Counted from the stretch's first letter, positions 46,359-55,780 are shown. The stretch is DNA of 64,000 nucleotides from Candidatus Daviesbacteria bacterium RIFCSPLOWO2_01_FULL_39_23 (GCA_001776935.1 MFDN01000005.1:2505-66504); one strand, 5' to 3'. Numbers and translations are program-made. Notes: generated from the sequence alone by a model not told the origin.

Positions 46359-47097
46359 AATGCCCAAACTCATATTCAACTTTGCTTTTCCTACGGCCCC
46401 AAAGCAAAATTTTCAACCCAAAAAGAAGCATTTTTAAAACATATTTTCTCCTGCCCTCATGTTTTATTCTTCTGACAGATGTATGCATCCTGACATTTTT
46501 AAGCCAAATCAGCTTACCGCCCTTTTTGATAATCCGATGTACCAAATCCTGGTCCTCCGCCACAATCACAGTTTCATCAAAGCCTCCTGCTTTTTCAAAA
46601 ATTTCCCGTCTTATACATAAATTCCGGGCCGGGATCACAGGCCAGATGTATTGAGAAAGCTTAAACCCTAAATCTTCCGCTTTAAAATATAAAATATCTT
46701 TCCAGTAGTTTGAATCAGGCACGGAGCTGGCTGCAGCTACATCCGGCTTCCTGATAAGAATATCTGCAAAATATTTTTCTAAAGTATCTGGCTGCCCCAA
46801 AATCATGTCAGCATCCAGAAATAACAGGTGTCCCGAGGTAGTTTTTTTGACTCCTAAATTACGCTGCCTGGAAATGGTGGATTTGGGGATACGAAAATAA
46901 CGCAGTCCGGCAAACTGCTTTTGTCTCTTTTTAACCTCTTCAATTGTTTTATCTTTTGAGAATGCATCAACTACTACCAGCTCTTTTGGCCGAACTGTCT
47001 GTTTGATAAGTGAATCCAGCAGCCTCCCGATGAAATGTTCTTCGTTTAATGTGGGTATGATAATAGCCAAATCAACTACTGCTTTACCGTCTGACAT
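46342..47097 (-). CDS. Glycosyltransferase family 2
   Basis: IIIPTLNEE, LFLDAD, GGFDE, EDQDL. Confidence 0.92.
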   Translation of the reverse strand: MSDGKAVVDLAIIIPTLNEEHFIGRLLDSLIKQTVRPKELVVVDAFSKDKTIEEVKKRQKQFAGLRYFRIPKSTISRQRNLGVKKTTSGHLLFLDADMILGQPDTLEKYFADILIRKPDVAAASSVPDSNYWKDILYFKAEDLGFKLSQYIWPVIPARNLCIRREIFEKAGGFDETVIVAEDQDLVHRIIKKGGKLIWLKNVRMHTSVRRIKHEGRRKYVLKMLLFGLKILLWGRRKSKVEYEFGHFNSET

Positions 47098-47738
47098 TTT
47101 TGAGCCCTTTCCGAATAAACCATTCTTTCAACTTCATTCAAAGCCGAAGAGCTGGCTTCTTTTGATAAAAATGTACATGCAGAAAGCTTTGATATATTAA
47201 GCTCATTAGCAACAAGAGGATGCATCTGGCTAATTTTATCAATAAATTTACCTTCCCACTCTGACAATCTGCTTATCGCAAGCCTGATAGACATACGCGC
47301 ATTTGGATTTGAAATTTGATCATAAACTGTTTGCAAAGTGCTCATCTGCAAGACAATTTCACCAGCGGCCTTCCCTGCAAAACCGCTATCTAAGGGACTC
47401 AGTAAATTGGCAATTTCCTGTAAATGCCAACTGTATCTTTCCAAGGTGGGCAGAATTAAATCCGCGCGGGATACAGAAACTAAGCTCTTCACTTCTCTTA
47501 TCCTTCGGGTTGAAAACTCTATCTGTCTTAGAGCCTTTATGTTTGTGGTACCGGCAAACTTAAGTTCCAAATTTTCCCGGATTGATTTCAAAAAGTACAA
47601 AGGCGAAGCCGGATGAATCCTAGCCTGCCCAATGGCATCAGCTTGGGCATAGGCAGGAAAAATGTAAAATGTAAAATGTAAAATGTAAAATGTAAAAAGC
47701 AGAAGAATCAATCTAATTGTAAATTGTACATTGTACAT
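47076..47738 (-). CDS. DUF5667-like exported protein
   Basis: HPASPLYFLKSIRE; signal peptide ending AYA; start moved to ATG 47738. Confidence 0.72.
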   Translation of the reverse strand: MYNVQFTIRLILLLFTFYILHFTFYIFPAYAQADAIGQARIHPASPLYFLKSIRENLELKFAGTTNIKALRQIEFSTRRIREVKSLVSVSRADLILPTLERYSWHLQEIANLLSPLDSGFAGKAAGEIVLQMSTLQTVYDQISNPNARMSIRLAISRLSEWEGKFIDKISQMHPLVANELNISKLSACTFLSKEASSSALNEVERMVYSERAQKCQTVKQ

Positions 47739-47746
47739 TGTAAATT
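47660..47746. repeat. Inverted heptamer element encoding the signal peptide
   Basis: (AATGTAA)x5 arm and ATTGTAA/ATTGTAC arm; related to 5894-5982. Confidence 0.85.
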
Positions 47747-47775
47747 TCCTTACCGTCTTATTATATAATACTCCA

Positions 47776-50109
47776 ATGACACCCTGGGATTTAGAAAAAA
47801 ACGGACAAAAAACAGAGTTTGATCCGCCTTTTCCTTCTGCTTTTGCTTTGCTTGCACATTTTGCCAAAACAACAGGCGGAAAAGAGGCGGTAATATTTGA
47901 TGATTTTGATAACGGAAATACTATTTCCCTCACCTATCTATCCCTTCTGAACTTAGTAAAACAAACTGCCGATTTTTTGACAAAACAATTAGGTGTTGAA
48001 AAAACATTTGCCTACGCTTTTACCAATAGGCCGGAAATAATAGTTTTGAATTTGGCAGCGATGATTGCCGGCAAAATCTTTGTTCCTTTAGATGTGAAGA
48101 GAGATAGTCTTGAGCAAAAAGCCTACAAACTTAAACTGGCGAACGCAAAACTGTTAATATTACCCTCCGCCGGTCAGGAAGAAGCGCAAAAACTTCAGAA
48201 CCTTCTGCCTAAGCTGCAGGTGGTTGAAATAGAAAATTTTGCTGATTTTCAGAAAAAGATCGAAACCTTTCCCGCAGGCGCCCTGCACAATCCCAAACTT
48301 GAAGAGGACTGCTTAATCCTGTTTACTTCCGGCACCACCAGCCTGCCAAAGGGAGTCAGGCTTACTGCTAAAAGCCTGCTTGCAAACGCTGATTCAATTG
48401 CCAAGTGGCTTGAGTTTAACGAAAATGACCGCTTTAACATATTATTGCCGCTTCATCACATTAATTCCACCACATTTTCCTTAACCACCCTGCTTTGCGG
48501 CGCCACCATTGTTCTTTCTCCCCGCTACTCCAAATCCAATTTTTGGAAAACCTTGGCAAATTACTTCTGCACCGGAGCCTCAATCGTTCCCACAATTGCC
48601 TATGATTTATTATCCGAAACAGAAAATTTCCAAATACACAAAAACAAATTAAAAGAGGTCCGCAGGTTTCAAATAGGATCTGCGCCTGTTAATCCGTCAA
48701 TCGCTAAAAAGTTTATTGATCAATACGGAATCCCCCTGATACAGGGTTATGGTCAAACTGAAACATCGCTTCGTTCTGCCGGCGTCCCAATGGATTTACC
48801 AAAAGATGAGTACCGGAAAATAATTGACCTTAATAGTGTTGGCACAGAACTGAAATGGACTAATGTCACAATATTAAAAGAAGACGGCACCGAATGCGCG
48901 GAAGAAGAAAACGGAGAAATATGCGTTCGCGGCCCGGTTATTACCCCCGGGTATTTAGATAATCCAAACGAGAACAAAAAAGCCTTTGCCTATAACTGGT
49001 TTCATTCAGGCGACCGCGGATATTTTAAAATGCTTTTTGGCAAAAAATACTTCTTTCTAACAGGCAGAATGGCGGAAATTATCAAAAAAGGAGGAGTCTT
49101 AATTTCTCCAACCGCCATAGAAAATACTCTTTTAAAAAACTATCCTGATCTTAAACAAGTTTTTGTTGTAGGCTTTCCTGATCCCAGGTTCGGAGAAGAA
49201 GTTGGATTTGTGTCAATATCTTCAGAAAGCATGGTGGGAAAAGTTTTGGAAGATGCAAAAATGGGAAAAATTAAAGGCCTTTCTGCATACGAAACACCAA
49301 AAGCCGGTCTCGCAATATCTGAAAATGATCTTCCTAAAACCTCAACCGGCAAAATTATACGGACAAAAATTAAGGAAATTTTTGGGCAAAAGCTTTGGGA
49401 AAACTCCCACACCGTTTTCTCCGCCGCAGATTTTGACTTTAAAATAATATCTCCTGAGGAAACTGAATTATTAAAACAGGCAACCCAAATAAACAACCTT
49501 GCCTGGGGCAAAAACATGGAAAGCAGTCTGGATGAATTTACATCCCGTGCAGGAAACGGGATTTTAATTGGAGCAGTTGATCATGGAGGCAAACTGCAAG
49601 GCTCAATCAGCGCCTTAAAAACTACCAAAGAAGAGCTTGAAAAATATCCGAGTTATCAAGAAACAACCGGAAATGGTACTTTAAAAACCCACAACCGCAA
49701 AGGGGATATCTTAATCTGCGTAGCCATTTCCACTCCCCCTGCAAAAACCCATGAAGCAAATAGCATCGTCAGGGAAAAATTAACACCGGAAGGATTCGAA
49801 AATTATATTAACTCCTTAAAAGATTATGTTATCCGTTTTCACTCAAAACCTAAAGGAGGATTTGAAAAAGGAGCAGAGGTTATTAAAATCTTGCCTGACT
49901 TCCGTCCCCAGGATCAGGATGCTTTAGGGTTCAATGTCTTAATGAAATACCCAACCTTAAGCCAAAAGCCGGCGATCAACCCGGATGCATCCACAGGCAC
50001 TCAGCTCATTGAAGCAGCATTATTGTATGCATATTATCAGAAAATTAAAGACGTTTATGTGCTGACCCGCCCTGCCCAGGCTTCAGAGTATTTTGAAAAG
50101 TCAACTTAA
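47776..50109 (+). CDS. Adenylate-forming (acyl-CoA ligase-like) enzyme with a C-terminal GNAT-like domain
   Basis: FTSGTTSLPKG, GYGQTE, WFHSGD, LPKTSTGKI, then about 230 extra aa; ATG 47776. Confidence 0.85.
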   Translation: MTPWDLEKNGQKTEFDPPFPSAFALLAHFAKTTGGKEAVIFDDFDNGNTISLTYLSLLNLVKQTADFLTKQLGVEKTFAYAFTNRPEIIVLNLAAMIAGKIFVPLDVKRDSLEQKAYKLKLANAKLLILPSAGQEEAQKLQNLLPKLQVVEIENFADFQKKIETFPAGALHNPKLEEDCLILFTSGTTSLPKGVRLTAKSLLANADSIAKWLEFNENDRFNILLPLHHINSTTFSLTTLLCGATIVLSPRYSKSNFWKTLANYFCTGASIVPTIAYDLLSETENFQIHKNKLKEVRRFQIGSAPVNPSIAKKFIDQYGIPLIQGYGQTETSLRSAGVPMDLPKDEYRKIIDLNSVGTELKWTNVTILKEDGTECAEEENGEICVRGPVITPGYLDNPNENKKAFAYNWFHSGDRGYFKMLFGKKYFFLTGRMAEIIKKGGVLISPTAIENTLLKNYPDLKQVFVVGFPDPRFGEEVGFVSISSESMVGKVLEDAKMGKIKGLSAYETPKAGLAISENDLPKTSTGKIIRTKIKEIFGQKLWENSHTVFSAADFDFKIISPEETELLKQATQINNLAWGKNMESSLDEFTSRAGNGILIGAVDHGGKLQGSISALKTTKEELEKYPSYQETTGNGTLKTHNRKGDILICVAISTPPAKTHEANSIVREKLTPEGFENYINSLKDYVIRFHSKPKGGFEKGAEVIKILPDFRPQDQDALGFNVLMKYPTLSQKPAINPDASTGTQLIEAALLYAYYQKIKDVYVLTRPAQASEYFEKST

Positions 50110-50489
50110 GATCCAAAAACTTTAGCCAACTTTATATCAAAAGTTTTAAAATCTTGCGCCCCTTTTGCCCTGGCAATAGTCAAATTATAACAGTCTTCTA
50201 AACTTAAGTTTATCTGTTTAAACAGATGGACACTTTCCGCTAAAAATTGATGTTGGTCAAATACAATATTTAAACCCAGTATCATCTCTAATTTCTCAAC
50301 CAGCGCCTGTTTATCTTTTTTATATGTTGAACGCAATACCCAGAAAATCTCAAAAAACACAACTGTTGAGCTGAAAAGCTTTGTTTCTCCTCTTACGGCC
50401 TGTAGAAAAAGTTTTTTTGCGTCTTGATATTGATTTTCCACATCTTTGAGAAGAAAGCGTAGAAAGTAGTTAGTATCGACAAAAATCAT
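50106..50489 (-). CDS. VapC/PIN domain toxin
   Basis: IFVDTN, SLEDC, TFD. Confidence 0.88.
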   Translation of the reverse strand: MIFVDTNYFLRFLLKDVENQYQDAKKLFLQAVRGETKLFSSTVVFFEIFWVLRSTYKKDKQALVEKLEMILGLNIVFDQHQFLAESVHLFKQINLSLEDCYNLTIARAKGAQDFKTFDIKLAKVFGS

Positions 50490-50746
50490 TTCAAATTATA
50501 CTTTTTTGAAAAATATTCGTCTTTGACCTGCTCAATAATAGTGTCTATGCTTTTGCCTTTCCATTCTTTGGGGCGAGGCACAGATCCTGCCAGCTCCATA
50601 ACCAGTTTTTCGGCAGGGGTAAGTATCAATCGGCCATTATCTTCTGAAACTATGACTTTTTGACCAATCTTAAGTCCTGCCTTGCGGAAAATCTCCGCCG
50701 GCAGAGTGAGTTGTTTTTTGCTGGTAATGGTAGCCATTTGTGTCAT
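50486..50746 (-). CDS. AbrB/MazE-type antitoxin
   Basis: ATITSKKQLTLPAEI; overlaps the PIN gene. Confidence 0.88.
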   Translation of the reverse strand: MTQMATITSKKQLTLPAEIFRKAGLKIGQKVIVSEDNGRLILTPAEKLVMELAGSVPRPKEWKGKSIDTIIEQVKDEYFSKKYNLK

Positions 50747-50799
50747 ACAAGGATATTATACCATATACAAGGAAGGTTTTTAAAAACAAGGAGAAATCT

Positions 50800-53700
50800 T
50801 TAACTTCTCTTTTTCCCTACAATGCTTTCGAATTCATCCCCTTCCAAAGTCTCTTTCTCAAGTAATGCTTTGGCAACTTTGTCAAGCTTTACTTTATTTT
50901 TCTTTAAAAGATCTTGCGCTTCTTTATAACAGGCATCCATTATCTTTTTTATTTCCGCATCCACCGCATCATGCAGCTTTGGCGACAGACCTTCTCCTTC
51001 TTCCATCCCCCGCCAAACTCCAAACATGGGGCGGGGATTTATACTTAAAGGCCCAAGCGAAGACATGCCGTATTGGGTCACCATCGCCCTGGCAATATTG
51101 GTGGCAACTTCAATATCAGAAGCTGCGCCTGTTGAAATATCACGGAAGACCAATTCTTCCGCTGCTTGTCCGCCCAAAGCCGCAGTTATTTGTTCTAAAA
51201 GACGGGACTTGCTTTCATTTGACCTGTCTTCTGTCGGAGGAAATAAAGTATGCCCCCCGGACATACCTCTTGAGACAATTGAAATTCTGTGTACCGGATC
51301 TACCTTTTTCAGGAAATGTCCCACAATTGCATGACCTGCTTCATGATAAGCCGCCAGCTTCCTGTCATGTTCTGATTGCATTCTTTTCCTTTGCGGCCCT
51401 AATTTTTCTTTGGTGGCTGCTTCCTCCAAATCCTTGCTGTCTATGGCAGTTTTACCCTCTCTGGCAGCCAGAATGGCTGCTTCATTTAACATATTTGCCA
51501 AATCCGCTCCGGAAAACCCAACCGTACGCCGGGCCAGCTTTTCGATTGACACATCTTTGACAAAAGGCTTGCCTTTCATATGAAGTTCAATGATGGCTTT
51601 TCTTTCTTCCAAATCAGGAAGGGACAAAACCACCCGTCTGTCAAAACGTCCCGGCCGAACCAGGGCCGCATCCAAAAGATCAGGCCTGTTAGTCGCTGCC
51701 AGCACGATGACATGATCAGTCTGTGTAAAACCATCCATCTCCACTAAAATTTGATTTAAGGTTTGCTCTCTTTCATCATGACCTCCGGAAATTCCCATTC
51801 CCCGTTGCCTGCCGATTGATTCAATCTCATCTACAAAAATTATGGCCGGGGCTGCTTTTTTTGCCTGGGCAAACATATCCCGCACTCTTGCTGCACCCAC
51901 ACCCACCAGCATTTCCATAAATTCCGAACCGGCTATAGAGAAAAACGGCACTCCTGCTTCTCCTGCCACTGCGCGGGAAAGTAAAGTATTGTGATTAATA
52001 AAACCATTTCCCAAAAAACTATGTGTTTCAGGCACAGTGAAATCATATACATTAGCCTGACCCTCGGTTTTCTTAACTACTCTGGAGAAAAAAAGATTAG
52101 CTTCCAATAAGCTACGCAAATATTCCAAATGCGGAATTTCCACTTCAAGCAAACCGACATACTTCAAATACTCTTTTAGAGTTTCTCTGGTAACCCTACC
52201 TCTTCTTTTTACCTTATCAATAGTTTTTGATAATTTCTCATTACTTAATTTTTTTAAAGAAATAACCTTCCAAGATTCTACTACTATGCTGGCTATCAGA
52301 GGAATCACATCAATGTTTGTATTGACTCTGCCCATTCGTTTTGTATGAGCTTTAAGCAATCTTTGTTTTCTACTAAGACGGAAACCAACTATGTTGCTAA
52401 AGTTAACTAAAGATGAACCAGTCATAGTCAATCTATATACTGGACGATAATATCCATTTTCGGTTGTTCCTTTTACATTAAGACTTGCCACAACCCCTAA
52501 ATTTAAAAGCATCATTTGTACTTGTGTTACGATCTTTTTGCTAACTGTAGTATATTCGAACTCTGCCCGAGCCTTACCAACAGAAGCATCCGTATCAAAA
52601 AGTCCCTGCAGAAACGCTATTTGCACATTTCCCGGAGCTTGTAGAATAGTTGGGGGAATTGTTTTGTCGTATGATAATAAATACGACATACCCAATTGGT
52701 ACAATTGCTTCTTAAAATCCCAATTCGAGACAAGGAAAGACTGACCGTTAGCGCTGGTAGATATCATTCCTTTTGGATAATGAGTTGCAAGATACTTCTT
52801 ATAAAAGTCAATAGTTTCCGGCTCAACATTGGTAAGCCCCACTCTGGAAGCGTGGCTTAAATTACCATCACCCGTGAGAAGACCCATGAGGTATGCTGTT
52901 TCCTCATCTACTAAATCTAGGTCGCCAAAGATTCTTCTTCCGAACTGAATTGCTACATAATCCCCTTCTTGTAAGTGCTCAATCTTGCGGAAACGCAATT
53001 TACCAGTACTATCCATTACTACTACCGGATGTTCCGGTGTTCCTTCCAGAGAAAATCCCTGTGCCAGGCTAACCTTAATAGTTTTCTGCTCTCCTAAATT
53101 GAACCAATGGGAAGCAAAATTCTTGTTGGAAATTACGTCATCTGTACTAAACCCCGGCAACTGTGCCCCATAGACCTGATGAGATTTTGGATCAACATAG
53201 TAGTAACGCGGCACCTCCCGGATTTCCATTAATCCTTTATTAGTCCAAATGATAGTATCCCCGGTCACGCATTTCCCTGTTCCGGCAGGGCCAACCATCA
53301 GCACCCCTTTGGGAATCCTTGCCCCCAATGCCTTAAATTTTTCAGGGGTTTTGAGAAATTCCACAACTTCGGAAAGCTCTCTTTTTGCCTCTTCTGCCCC
53401 TGCCACATCTGTAAATTTGATTTGCGGCTGATCCTTGGTAAAAAGCCTTGCCCGGGATTGAGCAAAAGAAAATATTCCCTGCCCTGCGTCTCTGGCATTC
53501 TTAAACAGAAAAAACATTAGTCCAACCAGAAGCAGTATAGGCAAAACTGCTGACAGGATACCCACCCAAGCCTGCTGTATAGACAAATCTCTCACTTCAA
53601 TAGTAACTGTTTTAGGGTCTACGCCGGATGATTCCAGTATTTTATAGATGGACTCTCCTGCTTCTTTATGAGAAGTGAGCTTTTGGTCGGAATTTTTGAT

Positions 53701-53928
53701 CTCGGCAGTAACTTTATCGCCTTCCAAAGAAATTTTTTGGATTTTTCCATCTTTTACGTCATTTACAATTTGTGAAATAGGCACATCATTTGCAGAAGTC
53801 TGAGGTCCGCCGGAAACCTGATAGAAAAAAATCAACGCTGCTAAAGCAATTAGAATATAGACAAGTAAACCCTTAAACAAACCAAAGAATTTTTTATTTA
53901 TATTAACTTTTCTTTTACCATTTGCCAT
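50800..53928 (-). CDS. ftsH: ATP-dependent zinc metalloprotease FtsH, intein-containing
   Basis: Two TMs, GPAGTGK, FVDE, ATNRPD, HEAGH. Confidence 0.96.
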   Translation of the reverse strand: MANGKRKVNINKKFFGLFKGLLVYILIALAALIFFYQVSGGPQTSANDVPISQIVNDVKDGKIQKISLEGDKVTAEIKNSDQKLTSHKEAGESIYKILESSGVDPKTVTIEVRDLSIQQAWVGILSAVLPILLLVGLMFFLFKNARDAGQGIFSFAQSRARLFTKDQPQIKFTDVAGAEEAKRELSEVVEFLKTPEKFKALGARIPKGVLMVGPAGTGKCVTGDTIIWTNKGLMEIREVPRYYYVDPKSHQVYGAQLPGFSTDDVISNKNFASHWFNLGEQKTIKVSLAQGFSLEGTPEHPVVVMDSTGKLRFRKIEHLQEGDYVAIQFGRRIFGDLDLVDEETAYLMGLLTGDGNLSHASRVGLTNVEPETIDFYKKYLATHYPKGMISTSANGQSFLVSNWDFKKQLYQLGMSYLLSYDKTIPPTILQAPGNVQIAFLQGLFDTDASVGKARAEFEYTTVSKKIVTQVQMMLLNLGVVASLNVKGTTENGYYRPVYRLTMTGSSLVNFSNIVGFRLSRKQRLLKAHTKRMGRVNTNIDVIPLIASIVVESWKVISLKKLSNEKLSKTIDKVKRRGRVTRETLKEYLKYVGLLEVEIPHLEYLRSLLEANLFFSRVVKKTEGQANVYDFTVPETHSFLGNGFINHNTLLSRAVAGEAGVPFFSIAGSEFMEMLVGVGAARVRDMFAQAKKAAPAIIFVDEIESIGRQRGMGISGGHDEREQTLNQILVEMDGFTQTDHVIVLAATNRPDLLDAALVRPGRFDRRVVLSLPDLEERKAIIELHMKGKPFVKDVSIEKLARRTVGFSGADLANMLNEAAILAAREGKTAIDSKDLEEAATKEKLGPQRKRMQSEHDRKLAAYHEAGHAIVGHFLKKVDPVHRISIVSRGMSGGHTLFPPTEDRSNESKSRLLEQITAALGGQAAEELVFRDISTGAASDIEVATNIARAMVTQYGMSSLGPLSINPRPMFGVWRGMEEGEGLSPKLHDAVDAEIKKIMDACYKEAQDLLKKNKVKLDKVAKALLEKETLEGDEFESIVGKKRS
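51988..53271 (-). mobile_element. Intein (428 aa) with LAGLIDADG homing endonuclease
   Basis: GK|CVTGDT...TPEHP...MGLLTGDG...LQGLFDTDA...VYDFTV...INHN|T. Confidence 0.95.
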
Positions 53929-53996
53929 ACAATTATGGGAATTTTAGCACAAGTGGCCTGAAATTGCCAGCTCAATAAATCAGGATGACAATTATT

Positions 53997-54347
53997 TTAA
54001 CGGATTTTTGATCCCGGAGGAACTTTTACTGAAGGTTTTAAAGGAATCGGTTTTCCTTGCCCTGAGCCTGTCGAAGGGTTACCATCGGCACACATAATCA
54101 TGCCATTTGATTCCAGGCCCATCATTACTCTTGGCTCTAAATTTGTCACAAAAACAAACTGTTTGCCAACTAATTTTTCAGGCTTGTACCATTCTTTTAT
54201 ACCCGAAAGAATTTGTCTTGGTTTTTCTTCTCCCAGATCTACCAGCAGTTTCAGTAATTTATCAGCTCCCAGAACTTCCTCTGCATTAAGCACAGTACCT
54301 ATTTTTATTTCAATCTTCGCAAAATCATCTATATATATCATAGTCAC
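53997..54347 (-). CDS. tRNA-binding OB-fold protein (MetRS C-terminal/Trbp111-like)
   Basis: DDFAKIEIKIG, RQILSGI, NLEPRVMMGLESNGM. Confidence 0.88.
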   Translation of the reverse strand: MTMIYIDDFAKIEIKIGTVLNAEEVLGADKLLKLLVDLGEEKPRQILSGIKEWYKPEKLVGKQFVFVTNLEPRVMMGLESNGMIMCADGNPSTGSGQGKPIPLKPSVKVPPGSKIR

Positions 54348-54355
54348 TTTTAAAA

Positions 54356-54499
54356 GGCAGCTAAGTCTGAGTCAGTCAAAAAATGTTGTTTGTTTTGTGC
54401 AGACTGATTTAAAAGTCAGTTTGACACTTAATCACAAAACAAACACCAAACGAGCAAGTCTCTGCCGTGCGAGTGGTTTTTTGCGACCAGACAAGCTGC
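54356..54499 (+). repeat. Structured dispersed repeat, family B copy
   Basis: GCAGCTAAGTCTGAGTC...GACCAGACAAGCTGC; shares GAG.AAGTCTCT.CCGT.CGAG with 11967-12055. Confidence 0.72.
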
Positions 54500-54500
54500 A

Positions 54501-55496
54501 CTATTCAAAATAATCCAACTTCATAGCCTTTTTAACTTCATTTAATGTCTTTTGGGCTTCCTCCCTCATCTTTCGGGTGCCTTCTTTTAGAATACTATCC
54601 ACCAGTTCTGGTTTGCCTTCATATTCTGCCCTTTTTTGCCTGATCGGATCCAGGAAATTATTTAAAATCCCAGCCAAGTACTTTTTTACCTCAATATCAC
54701 CCACCTGGCCTTTTGCATATTGATCCTTGTGCTTTGCAACTTGCAACTTATCACTTTCTGTACCAAAGGCATCCAAATAAATAAATACCGGGTTACCCTC
54801 TACTCTTCCCGGATCTGTTGCATGTATTCTATTTGGATCTGTATACATACTCATGACCTTTTTCTCCACTTCCTCCTGCGAATCTGTTAAAAAAATGGCA
54901 TTGCCGGAAGACTTCCCCATCTTGGCCTGCCCGTCTATGCCGGGCAAAGTCGGCACTTCCCCTATTAAAGGCTCCGGTATTGGAAAAACCTGGCCAAATA
55001 AATTATTAAATTTAATGGCAATATCGCGGGCAAATTCAACGTGTGATTTTTGATCCTTGCCAACCGGTACCAGGTTTGCTCTTGGGGATAAAATATCTGC
55101 AGCCATCAGGATCGGATAATAGAATAAACCTACTGTATCCTGAGCCCCTGAGTCCAGCTTGTCTTTCAAAGCAGGCTGTCTGGCAATTAAGGGGCGCGAA
55201 GTCAAAACGCTTAAATAATAGGCAATTTCTGTAATTTCAGAAATCTTAGACTGCAGGAAAAAAGTCACTTTTTTAGGATCAAGGCCAACTGATAAATAAC
55301 CCAGCATCAATCCCCGGATATTTTTCTCCAAATCTTCGGTCTTATCAAAATGGGTAGTTAAAGCATGCAAATCTGCAATAAACACAAATGTGTCATATTC
55401 ATCCTGTAATTTAACCCTGTTTTTTAAGGAACCAATATAGTTTCCCAAATGAAAACTGTCAGAAGTTGGCCTGTCCCCAGTTAAGATTCGTTTCAT
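54501..55496 (-). CDS. trpS: Tryptophan--tRNA ligase
   Basis: TGDRPT, HLGN, PVGKDQ, KMGKS. Confidence 0.96.
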   Translation of the reverse strand: MKRILTGDRPTSDSFHLGNYIGSLKNRVKLQDEYDTFVFIADLHALTTHFDKTEDLEKNIRGLMLGYLSVGLDPKKVTFFLQSKISEITEIAYYLSVLTSRPLIARQPALKDKLDSGAQDTVGLFYYPILMAADILSPRANLVPVGKDQKSHVEFARDIAIKFNNLFGQVFPIPEPLIGEVPTLPGIDGQAKMGKSSGNAIFLTDSQEEVEKKVMSMYTDPNRIHATDPGRVEGNPVFIYLDAFGTESDKLQVAKHKDQYAKGQVGDIEVKKYLAGILNNFLDPIRQKRAEYEGKPELVDSILKEGTRKMREEAQKTLNEVKKAMKLDYFE

Positions 55497-55519
55497 CGGT
55501 TAGATCATATAATATTTTC

Positions 55520-55780
55520 TTAATAAGTGGTAGTTCTTCGAAAATCAATGTCCTCCACTGAGACTTGATGTGAATTTGTATCTAATTGGTAGATGACTCT
55601 GATTTCACTTATCCTTAATCTGTAGCTTCTTTGAGTGCCTGCTAATTTTTTAATATCCAAACCGGCTTGAAACGGATCGCTTTCTAATTTTCTTAAGCCT
55701 TTTAAAACCCTTTCCTGTAACTTTTGTGGTAATTTCGCAAAATGTTTCTCTGCCCTGGGGCGGATGATTAAATTGTACAT
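55520..55780 (-). CDS. RelE/ParE family toxin
   Basis: KKLAG, YRLRISEIRVIY. Confidence 0.88.
   Translation of the reverse strand: MYNLIIRPRAEKHFAKLPQKLQERVLKGLRKLESDPFQAGLDIKKLAGTQRSYRLRISEIRVIYQLDTNSHQVSVEDIDFRRTTTY

Noticed and set aside
50865-51560. 231-aa + strand ORF and the many other short antisense ORFs
   Set aside because: They shadow well-supported genes on the opposite strand and show no recognisable motifs.
53980-53990. Additional TGTCAT-family copies (also 26521-26545, 38281-38306)
   Set aside because: Only half-sites or decayed fragments, too short to call as full elements.
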